Position numbers and translations under genes: made by a program
Shown: positions 1 to 12,583 of the stretch, one piece after another
How positions within the stretch are numbered: position 1 is the stretch's first letter
How the letters are laid out: each line of letters begins with the position of its first letter
The notes under the pieces: generated by a model
Told to the model about the DNA's origin: nothing
Databases searched by the model: none
Seen by the model: the letters and a program-made list of their open reading frames with translations, nothing else
NCBI GenBank assembly: GCA_030390025.1
Contig: CM059431.1
Span: 104,410,001 to 104,474,000, forward strand
Length of the DNA stretch: 64,000 nucleotides
Reading direction: 5' to 3'
Origin: Squalus acanthias
Taxonomy: Eukaryota

Positions 1-142
1 TACGTTTTCTACATTACAAACGTTCAAAAGTACTTCATTGGCTGTAAAGCGCTTTGGGTGTATTAAGGTCTTGAAAGGCGTTATATAATGCAAGTTCTTT
101 CTCTTCTATAGTGAATAATATCGTTACCTATCCCTAACTCAC

Positions 143-231
143 AGTGATTTACAAATGGCCCCAGTACTGCACTGATATCTATGATCCACTGATATTGTTT
201 ATGACAGCATAAAGGCTGCCAGTGTTTCAGT
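143..231 (-). pseudogene. Exon remnant, 89 nt, phase 2-1: (R)LKHWQPLCCHKQYQWIIDISAVLGPFVNH
   Basis: cttaatcag acceptor and gtgagt donor; joins 4597 exon in frame (AG+A=Arg); no stops. Confidence 0.75.
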
Positions 232-1012
232 CTGATTAAGACTATTATAAACATTAAAGCCTTGTATAAATATTTAATAAACATCTATCCCCTCAGTGGA
301 TATTTATCAAGGATTCAAAATGGTTTTGAACCAGCAATCTATGTTGGACATGTCAGTGCTCAAAGGGTCTTATAAACCAGGCTGCCTGCAACCTTAAATA
401 ATATGATATCGTGCTTGCAATCCCAAAATAACATTCAGTAAAAAGAGAAATTGCTGGAAATTCGCAGCAGATCTGTCAGCATCTGAAAAGAGAAAAAAAA
501 AGGTTGAGACTCTTCGTCAAATTTGATAAAAGAAAGCCAGACAGCCCCTTGACGAGGGCTATAAGTGGTTTGCCCACATTTTGTTATCTGTTCAATAAAG
601 ATCTTAAAAGCAAAACGTAAACTTGTCTTTTCACTTTTGAGCCACTGACAGTGTACTTCCTTTGTGTCTCAAATATCTAGCTTTTTCATCTTTCCAGACA
701 CGCAGCCCGCGATTCTCCGTCTATTTATTTCGATGGAGAGAAATCAGGAGCTGCGATGCACAACATTGCGTGGTGTGTGCCCACTGGTAGCTCAGGGGTT
801 GTGGAATCAGGCCTCAAGTAGACACTATTCGGGGCAGATTTTCAGGCCAACCACTGGACCAAGACTGGGGCAGTAGCGCTCTTGAAAATAGTGGGGGTGG
901 GGTGGAGGAGACTGAAACTGTGACTGGTGCTATCCTCCGAAGGGCCGACCACCTGGAGTACCCGCTTGAGTCAGACGGTGGGCCCTTTAAATATTCAAAC
1001 CGAGGTCCTCCA

Positions 1013-2208
1013 GTGTCAGCCGTGGCTCAATGGGTCGCACTCTCGCGTCTGAGTCAGAAGGTCATTGGTTCAAGTCCCACTCCAGAGACTTGGGGCTGGA
1101 TTTTACTCACCGAGATGAGTTGGGGGCGGGACTGCTGCCTTCCGGGTTCTAGTCCCGCCCCCAGCGACGTCCGACGCACAGACGCTATTTTCCCCTGATT
1201 GGCCTTGTTAAGCCCGCCCTGCGTAGCTTGCTGGCCAATTAAGGGAAAGCTGGGGTCAGATGACGTCAGTTGATGACGCTTCATCTGCCGGTTTTCTTAA
1301 AGGGACATGTACCATTTATTTTTGACAGATGATTTGACAGTGTTTGACAGCATTGAGGTGCTGTCAAAACACTGACAATCACTGTACAAAGGTGAGCCCT
1401 TGCACCCAGACTCTCCAATGACTCTCTCCTTAGGATAAAACAGATGGCAGCTGCAGGTGAGGTTACAGAAGCGATCTGTCACTTCTCCCAATGAGGTGAG
1501 GCCACACAAACACTTCAAAGCTTGTCACCTACAGAAAACTCCAAACACAATAAAAATGACTTTCCCAACATTTCCTTACCTCTGATACTCACTAGTGCCC
1601 CATTGCATCCTTCACACCACTTCTGCAGCTGTCATCTATACACAAACATTACAACAGACCCACAGCACGCCTCCCTTACCCTGGCGGGGTTCCCCGACAT
1701 CAGGAAGCCCGCAGCAGAAGTCTCAAAATGGGAAAAAGCCTCTTAACTGCCTGTTAACTACCTGTTAACAAGCAGTTAAGTGGCTATAATCCTCTTCCCG
1801 CCGCTAGGAGTCGGGTCCCTGCGCAAATCGGGGACCCGACTGCCAGGAAGATTGGTTGGAGGCGGGTTGGCAGCGGGTTCGGGACCCGCTCCCATTCTTT
1901 TTGATTTTCCCAGCAATCCCGCCTCCAGACCCACCTCCTCATGGCTGGTAAAATCCAGCCCTTGAGCACAAAATCTAGGCTGACACTCCAGTGCAGTACT
2001 GAGGGAGTGCTGCACTGTCAGAGGTGCCATCTTTCAGATGAGATGTTAAACCGAGGCCTCGTCTACCCTCTCAGGTGGATGTAAAAGATCCCACGGCACT
2101 ATTTCGAGGACGAGCAGGGGAATTCTCCCCAGTGTCCTGGGCAATATTCATCCGTCAACCAACATAATTAAAACAACAGAGATTATCTGGTTATTATTAC
2201 ATTGCTTT
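1013..2208 (+). mobile_element. DeuSINE (SacSINE1-like) split by a Harbinger MITE
   Basis: tRNA-like head with A/B boxes 1013-1092; body resumes at 1962. Confidence 0.9.
1093..1961. mobile_element. Non-autonomous PIF/Harbinger element, TIR GGGCTGGATTTTAC, TSD TTG
   Basis: Perfect 14-bp TIR; TTG at 1090-1092 and 1962-1964; empty site matches SINE consensus. Confidence 0.92.
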
Positions 2209-2209
2209 G

Positions 2210-3995
2210 GGTCTTGGCAGCTAAAGGCACGACCTCCAAGGATGGAGCGATGAAAATCGGGGATGCGCAAGAGGCCAGAGCTGGAGGGATACAGAGATCT
2301 CGGAGGATTGTAGGGCTGGAGGAGATTACAGAGATAGGGAGGGGCGAGGCCATGGAGGGATTTGAAAACAAGGACGAGAATTTTAAAATCGAGGCATTGC
2401 CGGACCGGGAGCCAATGTAGGTCAGTGAGCACTTGGTTAGCATTTTAGAACAAGCCTTGGTCGACAGGAGGGTGGATTGCACAATCAATGCCTACTTTTC
2501 CTATCATCAAAATTGAAAATGAAAAGGCCGCACTGACCAATTGTTCAGTCTACCCATCCCGTCAAACGAGGCCTTGAGTGAGGAGCGCTAGATTGTAATG
2601 TTTATTCCTATATACAGAAAATACAGATGGCAAATGTAGTTATTGCAAACAGCAACAACTTGTATTTACGTAGCGCCTTTAATGTAGTAAAACGTCCCGC
2701 GGCGCTTCACAGGAGCGATTATCAAACAAAATTTGGCACGAGCCACATAAGGAGATATTGGGACAGGTGACCAAAAACTTGATCAATTAGCTAGATTTTA
2801 AGGAGCGTCTTAAAGGAGAGAGAGAGAGGTAGAGACGGAGAGGTTTAGGGAGGGAATTCCAGAGCTTAGAGCCTAGGCAGCTAAAAGCACGGCCACCAAT
2901 GATGAAGCGATCAAAATTGGGGATGCTCAAGAGGCCAGAATTAGAGGATCGCAGAGATCTCAGAGGGTTGTTGGGCTGGAGGAGGTTACAGAGATAGGGA
3001 GAGGGGCGAGGCCATGGAGGGATTTGAAAACAAGGATGAGAATTTTTAAATTGAGGCATTGCTTAACCAGGAGCCAATGTAGGTCAGCGAGCATCAGGCT
3101 AGTAGTTTAGCACAAGTCTTGATTGACAGGAGGGTAGATTGGACAATCAAGTGCCCAATTTTCCAATCATTATAATTAAAAATTAAAAGGGCACCCTGAT
3201 CAATTGTTCAGTCTGCAAATCCCGTCGAATGAGTTCCTGAGTGAGGAGCACTAGATTGTAAAATTTACCCCTATATACAAAAAAAACCAGACGGCAAATG
3301 TAGTTACATCAAACAACAACAACAACTTGTATTTATACAGCGCCTTTAACATAGTAAAATGTCCGAAGGTGCTTCACAGGAGCGGTTATCAAACAAAATT
3401 TGACACCGAACCACATAAGGAGATTTTAGGGTGGATGACCAAAAGCTTGGGCAAAGACGTAGGGGCAAAAATTGGGTCGCGCCCCCTTTGGGGCGTTAAC
3501 TTCGCCGGGGCGCTACTTTTAGCGCCCCAAAAAAGTTAGCGCACCCTCGCCCAAAATTCAATGGTAGTGCCCCAAGCATGTGGCTCCAGCCCAATACGCT
3601 CGCTGGCATGTCGCGGCGCGGTACTGCAGGCGTTCCTCCCCTTTAAATATCGCCACCCCGGCCGCACGTACGCCCCCCTGACCCTGTCGGACGTAGTGTC
3701 CGGTGGTACGTCAGGGGGCGCGACTGAAGTTTGCGGTCGGGGCGCGAGTGGGGCGCTGCACACGGCAATGATGTCATCGCCGGAGGCGCAGTGCTGCGGG
3801 CGCTACCGGCTACTGCCGTTGCTAACCTCCCGCTGAAGTTCGCGGGAGGCGTCAGCGGACGCCGCGCCCAGGTGCTAGAGGCTTTGCGCCCTTTTAGCGT
3901 CCCCTTAGGGCGCTAACAGGAGGCGCAAAGCAACCGAATCTTGCCCCTGTGGGGTTTAAGGAGTGTTTTAAAGGAGGAGAGGGAAGTAGAGAGGA
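2210..3995 (-). mobile_element. Three L2 3' fragments (2210-2431, 2645-3095, 3311-3995), the last split by a MITE
   Basis: LHWLPV...FKILVLVFKSLHGLAP ORF and (GTT)n tails. Confidence 0.9.
3461..3948. mobile_element. GC-rich Harbinger-type MITE inserted in L2
   Basis: AGGGGCAA...TTGCCCCT termini; related to 52736-53478. Confidence 0.8.
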
Positions 3996-4596
3996 GAAAA
4001 AAGAATATTGAACCAAGGCTGGGAACCTGTTGTGAAAATTCAGGGCATCTTCCTTATAAAGGGCATAGGTATGGGAGCGATCAGGCGACGCACATCCCCA
4101 ATGCTGTGGCTCCATGATGGCTCAGAATATCTTGAAGGTGGGGTCCTCCTTTACATGATTTTATTTTTCCTCATGAACATGATCTGGTGCTGGCTCACTC
4201 CAGAGGTGTGTGGAGGGGCTAATCTGGAGAAGAAATGCAAATTCACTTTGATGCGATTAGGAACTCTTAATTCACTTTAATGAAACTGAAACAGTAATTC
4301 ACTCCAGTGAAATTATAAATGTTTAGTTCACTCCTGAGAAATTAAACACATTAAATCACTGCAGTGAAATTAAAAATGCTAATTCACTGTGGAATAAATA
4401 AATTCTAATTAACTGCAGTGACTTATTATTAAATAAACTGCTCAGCAGGATGTATTTCAAAGCTAAGTCCTTAGCCCACTGAATAAATAGAACCTTGGGT
4501 AATACATATGTATTACAGTTGTCATTTAATTTCTGCAAAAGGTGACCATAATGTAATCTTGTCTGGGGTTCTTGCACACGATGGCTATTCACATAC

Positions 4597-4752
4597 CTGA
4601 GAAAGTTCCAGAATGAACCATCACCGGTTGTGTACATTCGTTTTTCTGATTCAGGTGCGATAACGCTCAGGTACCGTGCAAAGGCTTTGTTCAGTTCCCC
4701 TAATGCATCAAGCATTATCAAGTGTTGTGGCTCTGTGATATATTCCTTTGTA
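4597..4752 (-). pseudogene. Exon remnant, 156 nt, phase 2-2: TKEYITEPQHLIMLDALGELNKAFARYLSVIAPESEKRMYTTGDGSFWNFL
   Basis: ttattttag acceptor, gtatgt donor, open frame, phase matches both neighbours. Confidence 0.8.
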
Positions 4753-4777
4753 CTAAAATAATAACTAAACCACGCGA

Positions 4778-5003
4778 CTGAATCACAGAATCACAGAAGG
4801 AGGCCATTCGGCCCACCATGCCTGTGCCGACCTCTTTGAGAAAGCTATCCAATTAGTCCCACTCCCCACAGCTCTGCAAATGGTTCCCTTTTCAAGTATA
4901 TACCCAATTCCCTTTTCAAAGTTACTGCTGAATCTGCTTCCACCGCCCTTTCAGGCAGCGCGCTCCGGATCACAACAAGTCACTGCGTAAAAGAAATGTC
5001 TCT
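4778..5003 (-). mobile_element. CR1 3' end fragment
   Basis: ggccgaatggcctccttctgtg tail motif on the minus strand. Confidence 0.85.
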
Positions 5004-5022
5004 ACTATTTCAATATACTTAC

Positions 5023-5166
5023 AATTTATGAAACAACTGAGGCAGCTGGATATAGATAGCCTTGAATTCTGATGGCATTTATGCGCATAGACCAAAGAGT
5101 ATCGTTTCTTTCCAGTTTCAATTCAAAGCATGTCAAACCCACCCGACAGCAACCTTTCTTTCCTCC
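5023..5166 (-). pseudogene. Exon remnant, 144 nt, phase 2-2: EERKVAVGWV*HALN*NWKETILFGLCA*MPSEFKAIYIQLPQLFHK
   Basis: tactccaag acceptor, gtaagt donor, length a multiple of 3, three stops (TGA, TGA, TAA). Confidence 0.7.
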
Positions 5167-5584
5167 CTTGGAGTACAATAAGAAACAAATCTCATTCACA
5201 TATATAGTGGAAATCAGGACACCAATAAGTTGCAATGAGCTGAAATGCAGCTCTAATTGCATTATGAATAATTTATTTTCATAGTACTTTGTTACACCCA
5301 ATCTGACAGTGTTATACAAGAGTGCGAGCCAGCCATTATTTGTTTAATAAGCTGTGTCAGACTGGGACCGGTATCCGATGACTGCGAACGGTAGGGACAG
5401 CAGATTTTTCAGACTAAAGTGCTAAGGGAATGTTAAATTTATTTTGAGCATCTTTCGAGCTCTTTATGGCTTCCCTGAAAAGCCAAAGTGATTTGTTCGG
5501 GTTCAGTTAAAAAGGCAGAGAGACGCTTTAGTCTGTCGTCCTGAATTTGGCATTTACTGGTGGCATGGCAAGTTGTCTCATGTT

Positions 5585-5975
5585 ACAGATATAACAGTTT
5601 TTAAGCAAGTACAGAGGCAGGGAAAGGGGGATGAGAAGAAAAGGGAAAGGTCTGTGATCGGGTGGAAGGCAGGAGAGATTACATGGCAAAAGGGATGATG
5701 GTGCGAGGACAAAAAGGGGGTGTTAATGGGATGAGTAAAGAGACAAAAGATGGATCTAGAAGAGGTGTGAATAGGAATAAAAGATTCTGCACCTGCTGTC
5801 CGAAAAATGCAGGCAGAGGTAATGATCTGAAATTGTTGAACTCGATGTTGAGTCCGGAAGGCTGCAAAGTGCCTAATCGAAAAATGAGGTGCTGTTCCTC
5901 GAACTTACATTGAGCTTCATTGGAACAGTGTAGGAGGACGAGGAGAGAGAAGTCAGAGTGGGAGTGGAGCGGAGA
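5585..5975 (-). mobile_element. Penelope-like element fragment (GIY-YIG C-terminus)
   Basis: LGTLQPSGLNIEF motif. Confidence 0.85.
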
Positions 5976-6049
5976 AGTACTTCTGAAGTGTAGTCACTGT
6001 TGTAATGTAGGAATGCACCTGAAAGCTTTGATTAGAGTAGCTGTTTCAT

Positions 6050-6480
6050 CCACAGTTTCTGCTTGCTCTTGATTTATTCAACTTGGTAGCTCCATCATAG
6101 ATTTCATTTCCCCTATCCCACTCTGTGACTTCCCATATGTCAAACTGTATCCCACAGCACTTGAGATTGTGCCTCAGGGTTTTTGAAGTATTTTTTGTTA
6201 ACCGCCTCAAGAGCATTCCCCTCCTTTCAACTCTGAGAACAGTACGGTCCTGGGAATCTAACATTCCTATTACATCTGCAGCCCATCACATTGGTATCTT
6301 TAAAAAAACATGGTCTCAATCCAAATGTCCCTGGGGTGGAAAAGAGACCAGTGTAGAAGACCTTGCTATGCCACTTGATGCTAAAAATAGTACGGTGTCA
6401 TCACTTGTGGGATTTCTATTGCTCTTTGATGTGCTGATAATACAGCATCCAAGCTATAGTGCAGACACATTCATCTGAAT
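6050..6480 (-). mobile_element. Degenerate RTE-clade LINE 3' fragment
   Basis: TLRHNLKCCGIQFDIWEV..WDR resembles the RTE/BovB C-terminus. Confidence 0.55.
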
Positions 6481-6524
6481 GAATGGGGGACTTCGGTTTT
6501 ATTGCACAATTCAATATTAGAACC

Positions 6525-6810
6525 AGAGAATCATACAGCACATGAGGGCATTCAGCCCATCGTGCCTGTGCCGGCTCTTTGAAAGAGCTCTCCAATTAGT
6601 CCCACTTCCTTTATTAAATATTTCTCCACTTCCCTTTTGAAAGTTACTATTGAATCTGCTTCCACCGCCCTTTCAGGCAGCGCATTCCCGATCATAACAA
6701 CCTGCTGAGTACAAAAAATTCTCGTCTCCCCCCCTTTTTTTTTGCACATTATCTTAAATCAGGGTTCTCTAGTTACTGAACCTCCTGTCACAGGAAACAA
6801 TTTTTCGCTG
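6525..6810 (-). mobile_element. CR1 3' end fragment
   Basis: Homologous to the other CR1 3' ends in the window. Confidence 0.8.
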
Positions 6811-6879
6811 TCAAAACACTGCCCAATTTACAATGAAACCTTAAGCATGATGTTCACTCCCAACTCTACTCCTATCACC

Positions 6880-7503
6880 CTGTGGCTACAAGAGCAGGTC
6901 AGAGGCTGGGTATTCTGCAGCGAGTGTCTCACCTCCTGACTCCCCAAAGCCTTTCCATCATCTACAAGGCACAAGTCAGGAGTGTGATGGAATACTCTCC
7001 AGTTGCCTGGATGAGTGCAGCTCCAACAACACTCAAGAAGCTCGACACCATCCAGGACAAAGCAGCCCACTTGATTGGCACCCCATCCACCACCTTAAAC
7101 ATTCACACCCTCCACCACCGGAGTACCGCGGCTGCAGTGTGTACCATCTACAAGATGCACTGCAGCAACTCGCCAAGGCTTCTTCGGCAGCACCTCCCAA
7201 ACCCGCGACCTCTACCGACTAGAAGGACAAGGGCAGCAGGCGCATGGGAACACCACCACCTCCAAGTTCCCCTCCAAGTCACATACCATCCTGACTTGAA
7301 AGTATATCGCCGTTCCTTCATCGTCGCTGGGTCAAAATCCTGGAACTCCCTCCCTAACAGCACTGTGGGAGTACCTTCACCACACGGACTGTAGCGGTTC
7401 AAGAAGGCGGCTCACCACCACCTTCTCAAGGGCAACTAGGGATAGGCAATAAATGCTAGCCTTGCCAGCGACATCCACTTCCCATAAACAAATTTAAAAA
7501 AAC
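6880..7503 (+). mobile_element. 3' end of a distinct CR1-group LINE
   Basis: RAGQRLGIL...YKAQVRSVMEYS RT C-terminal ORF and A-rich end; second copy at 58055-58357. Confidence 0.85.
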
Positions 7504-7733
7504 GCTGCCTTCAATTATGATGTTACTTTTAGGGGCAGGTCTGATGGGATACTGGGCTCCCCTGAAAATCCTTCCAATTCCATCTCCTGTACTATCCAGC
7601 AGTACATGAAGCATATTTGCTATACAAGGCTTTAAGTGGGGCCCACAATGAAGTATTCAAACAGCAATCAAACCAAGAGAGATCGACTGCTGTATTGGAA
7701 CACATCTGGGGGAAAGCATTAAAAGGCCAGTTC

Positions 7734-10700
7734 CAACAACAACAACAACTTGTATTTATATAGCGCCTTTAACAGAGTAAAACGTCCCAAGGCGCTTCAC
7801 AGGAGTATTATAAAGCAAAAAATTTGACACCTAGCCACATCAGGAGAAATTAGGGCAGATGACCAAAAGTTTGGTCAAAGAGGTAGATATTAAGGAGCGT
7901 CTTAAAGGAGGAAAGAGAGGTGGAGAGGTTTAGGGAGGGAATTCCAGAGCTTAGGGCCTAGGCAACAGAAGGCACGACCACCAATGGTGGAGCGATTATA
8001 ATCGGAGTTGCTCAAGAGGGCAGACTTAGAGGAGTGCAGATATCTCGGGCGGTTGTGGGTCTGAAGGAGATTACAGAGATAGAAGGGGCGAGGCCAAAAA
8101 GGAATTTGAAAACAAGGATGAGAATTTTGAAATCGAGGCGTCGCTTAACCGGGAGCCAATGTAGGTCACCAAGCAGAGGGGTGATGGGCGAACGGGACTT
8201 GGTGCGAGTCAGGACATGGGCAGAAGAGTTTTGGATGACCTCAAGTTTATGTAGGGTAGAACGTGGGAGGCCAGCCAGGAGTGCATTGGAATAGGCAAGT
8301 CTAGAGGTAACAAAGGCATGGATGAGGGTTTCAGCAGTGGATGAGCTGAGACAAGGGCAGAGATGGGCGATGTTACGGAGGTGGAAATAGGCGGTCTTAG
8401 TTATGCTGTGGATATGTGGTCAGATACTCATTTCAGGGTCCAATATGACACCAAGGTTGTGAACAGTGTGGTTCAGCCTCAGACAGATGTTAGGGAGAGG
8501 GATGGAGTCGGTAGCTAGGGAATGGAGTTTGTGGCGGGGACAGAAAACAATGGCTTCGGTCTTCCCAATATTTAACTGGAAAAACTTCTGCTCATCCAGA
8601 ACTGGATGTTGGACAAGCAGTCTGACAAGTTAGAGACCGTGGAGGGGTCGAGAGAAGTGGTGGTGAGGTAGAGCTGGGTGTCGTCAGCGTACATGTGGAA
8701 ACTGACGCTGTGTTTTCAGATGATGTTGCCAAGGGGCAACATGTAGATGAGAAATAGGAGGGGGCCAAGGATAGATCCTTGGGGGACACCAGAGGTAATG
8801 ATGCGGGAGCGGGAAGAGAAGCCGTTGCAGGTGATTCTCTGGCTATGATTAGATAGATAAGAATGGAACCAGGTGAGTGCAGTCTCACCCAGCTGGACGA
8901 CGGTGGAGCGGTGTTGGAGAAGGATGGAGTGGTCAACCGTGTCAAATGCTGCAGACAAGTTAAGAAGGATGAGGAGGGATAGTTTACCTTTGTCACAATC
9001 ACAAAGGATGTCATTTGTAACTTTGATGAGAGCCGTTTCGGTACAGTGGCAGGGGCAGAAACCTGATTGGAGGGATTCAAACATGGAGTTGCGGGAAAGA
9101 TGGGCATGGATTTGGGAGGTGACAACACGTTCAAGGACTTTGGAGAGGGAAGGGAGGTTGGAGATGGGGCAGTAGTTTGCAAGGACGGAAGGGTCAAGGG
9201 TTGTTTTTTTGAGGAGAGGGGTGATGGTGGCAGATTTGAGGGAGAGGGGGACAGTACCTGAGGAGAGCGAACCGTTAACAATGTCAGCTAACATGGGAGC
9301 CAGAAAAGGAAGTTGGGTGGTCAGCAGTTTGATGGGAATAGGGTTGATAGAGCAGGAAGTGGGTCTCATGGACAAGATGAACACGGAGAGGTCATAGAAT
9401 CATAGAAATTTACAACACGGAAGGAGGCCATTTCAGGCAGTGAGTTCCAGACCCCCACCACCCTCTGGGTGAAGAAATTTCCCCTCAAATCCCCTCTAAT
9501 CCTTCCACCAATTACTTTAAATCTATGCCCCCTGGTTGTTGACCTCTCTGCTAAGGGAAATGGGTCCTTCCTATCCACTCTATCTCGGCCCCTCATAATT
9601 TTATACACCTCAATCAAGTCTCCCCTCAGCCTCCTCTGTTCCAAAGAAAACAACCCCAGCCTATCCAATCTTTCCTCATAGCTAAAATTCTCCTGTCCAA
9701 GCATTATCTTCGTAAATCTCCGCTGTACCCTCTCTAGTGCAATCACATCTTTCCTATAATGTGGTGACCAGAACTGCACGGAGTATTCTAGCTGAGGCCT
9801 AACTAGTGTTTTATACAGTTCAAGCATAACTTCCCTGCTCTTGTATTCTGTGCCTCGGCTAATAAAGGCAAGTATTCCGTCTGCCTTCTTAACCACCTTA
9901 TCTACTTGGCCTGCTACCTTCAGGGATCTGTAGACCTGCACTCCAAGGTCCCTTTGTTCCTCCCAGTGTCCTTGTTAGCCCTCCCCAAATGAATTACCTC
10001 ACACTTCTCCGTATTGAATGCCATTTGCCACTGTTCTGCCCACCTGACCAGTTCATTGATATCTTCCTGCAGTCTACAGCTTTCTTCTTCAGTGTCAACC
10101 ACACAGCCGATTTTAGTATCATCTGCAAACTTCTTAATCATACACCCTACCTTCAAGTCTAAATCATGGGGTCAGGAGGGGAGATCAGAGAGAAACTGGA
10201 GAAAGATGCGAGTTCAGGGCTAGAGCAGGGGGGAACCTTAGAGGAAGTTTGGCCTGGTGGGCTTGGGGAAGGAAGGGGAGTGGCAGAGGCAGCTGAACGG
10301 ATGGTCTCAATCTTACAGACAAAGAAGTCCATGAGCTCCTCACACTTGTTGTCGGAGGTGAGGGTGGAGGAGACGGGAGAGGGGTTTAAGAAGACGGTTA
10401 ACAGTAGAGAATAGAAGCCGGGGTTTATCTTTGCATTCCAGAATGATTCTGGAATAGTGAGCAATTTTGGCAGACGAGAGCAGGACCCGATAATGCTTTA
10501 TGTGGTCCAGCCAGATCTGGCGGTGAATGGCTAAACCAGTTGTCCGCCATATCCGTTCAAGTCTGTGTCCCTTGGACTTAAGGGAGCGAAGATAAGGGCT
10601 GCACCAGGGGGAAAAGCCAGGGTGAGAGAGAGTAATTATTTTAATAGAAACTAGGGCATCAAAGGTGGTGGTGAGGGTGTGGTTGAGCAGATCGGTAGCT

Positions 10701-10765
10701 GCAGAAATGTCGCGGTGAATGGAGGGCCAAAGGCTGGACAGTTGGGATTTCATACCTGCAGTTTT
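7734..10765 (-). mobile_element. L2 LINE 3' ~2.2 kb, interrupted by CR1
   Basis: ISNLP.LSKVLE, QSGF...TETAL, LSAAFDTVDH and GVPQGSILGP motifs; (GTT)n tail. Confidence 0.93.
9391..10163 (-). mobile_element. CR1 3' fragment nested in L2
   Basis: FADDTK and LVRPQLEY ORFs; the L2 resumes on both sides; GGTCA near both junctions. Confidence 0.9.
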
Positions 10766-10957
10766 AGGAGAGTTGGGAGAGAGTTCCAGTACATATATGG
10801 ACCAGAGCAGCCCACAGCCCCCTGAATGAAGTAGCAGGATGTTGCTCAGGCAATCTGCTTGCTCTGAGGAGCATTTGCCTACCTCTAATATTCAAGTAAT
10901 CCCACCCCCCAGGACACACAGATGCATGGAAATCCTGCCCCACCATACTTATTGTAT

Positions 10958-11410
10958 AAGCCGTGGCTCAGTGGGTAGCACTCTCACCTCTGAGTCAGAA
11001 GATTGTGGGCTTGAGCCCCATTCCAGAGACTTAAACACAAAATCTAGGCTGACACTCCAGGGAGCGCTGCACTGTCGGAGGTGCCATCTTTCGGATATGA
11101 CGTTAAACCGAGGCCCCCTCTGCTCTCTCAGGTGGATGTAAAAGATCCCATGGCACTATTTTGAAGAAGAGCAGGGGAGTTATCCCTGGTGTCCTGGGGC
11201 CAAAATTTATCCCTCAATCAACATCACAAAAACAGATTATCTGGTCATTATCACATTGCTGTTTGTGGGAGCTTGCTGTGCACATATTGGCTGCTGCGTT
11301 TCCTACATTACAACAGTGACCACACTTCAAAAAGTACTTCATTGGCTTGAAAGCGCTTTGGGACATCCTGAGATCGTGAAAGGCGCTGTAGAAATGCAAG
11401 TCTTTCTTCC
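10958..11410 (+). mobile_element. DeuSINE (SacSINE1-like), full length
   Basis: A box TGGCTCAGTGGG, Deu core (GATCCCATGGCACTATTT...GCTTGCTGTG), LINE-derived tail. Confidence 0.9.
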
Positions 11411-11640
11411 TGGGTCTACAGTTTCTTGCCTGGGGATAGGTTTGTTCATTTCCCCATTTTGCTATTACTGGGCCCAGCATATTAACACAGCTCACCAATA
11501 ATTTTGACAAATTTCTCAGGCAGCTGAACCTGGACAGCCGTTCCCAGAGACCCTGACTAATTACTGCGTCGAAATCTTTCGTTAAATTGACCGACATTAT
11601 GTAGAAATACATGATCTGTCCCCTTCTGTCCACTGCTCTA
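11410..11640 (-). mobile_element. Degenerate RTE-clade RT fragment
   Basis: VNLTKDFDAV..QGLWERLSRFSC resembles RTE DLTKAFD.V.R.GLW..L.KFGC. Confidence 0.6.
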
Positions 11641-11664
11641 CGATTACATCAGAAACGACATTAA

Positions 11665-12307
11665 GGCGCCGACTTTAAAGTGGGGGAGGTGGGGGTGGCA
11701 GGTATAGTGCGCTGGAGCCTTGAAGGATGCGATGACTAGGGGGAGTCTGGGGCTGTGGTGGCTCAGCTGATCTTAACAGATGGGCCTCATTTGAACAACT
11801 TTTCTGGAGGCGATTGGAGCAGATCTTTCTGATCGTGGTCGGGAGAGGGGGAGGGAGCTAAGGGGCCAAGCGAGGTCCAAGGCTTCCTTGTGAGGCCCAG
11901 GGGAGGCACTCCTGCTCCACCCGGCCCACCATGAAACCTAAAATAAAGTTACAAAACTTACCGGGCCTCTTCCGACCCACGATCGTTCCCCGCCCGCCAT
12001 TGCACCTCCCGCCCCGCTGAAGGCTCCAACTAAAGTTGCAGATTGGATCCCGATGACATCACCGGACCCGCTCTGCATATTTAAAGTAGGGCCTCGCTGC
12101 CTTCATGCTGGTGTTCCGCTCGCCTACTCAAAGGAGCCGTTCTAGATCGGGACAGGGCGGGAAGGCAGCGGGATTGGCGAGGGTAATTGACGGGCCTCAC
12201 TTTAATTGCCCCCCCATCCACCCCCGCAACCCCCCGCCGGGTTTCCACCAAGAGGTGGGTGGGAGGGAGAGGGGGGGGCGGGGGGGGGGTTAGTTAAAAT
12301 CGGGGCC
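11665..12307. mobile_element. Harbinger-type MITE
   Basis: Imperfect TIR GGCGCCGACTTTAA / TTAAAATCGGGGCC. Confidence 0.7.
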
Positions 12308-12466
12308 TTTATGTCTCTGGAAGAACAGTCCCACAGAAAGCTATATTTACATTTCCTGTTTCTTGCAAGTATTAAAACCAAACTTCCTCACATCATAGGA
12401 CTGTTGAGTGGATTTGAAAATGTTGGCAGCACTGAGGGACTGACGCGAGCGATCTGTACGCCTTAC

Positions 12467-12512
12467 TGTACACCTTGCAGGTTCAGGGTTAGCGGGGTTT
12501 CAAGCCAAAGAA
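12467..12512 (-). pseudogene. Exon remnant, 46 nt, phase 1-2: LWLETPLTLNLQGV(Q)
   Basis: Strong polypyrimidine ttttttcttctcag acceptor, gtaagg donor; phase fits the 5166 exon. Confidence 0.65.
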
Positions 12513-12583
12513 CTGAGAAGAAAAAAGATGAAGCAATTTAAGCATTTATATAGAAATTTATGTGAACAAGGGGTTCAACAGTA

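Noticed and set aside
698..772. Possible + strand exon after tttccag
   Set aside because: Weak donor and no compatible neighbouring exons
1013..1090. tRNA genes at TGGCTCAGTGGG...GGTTCAAGTCCC motifs
   Set aside because: They are tRNA-derived SINE heads contiguous with SINE bodies
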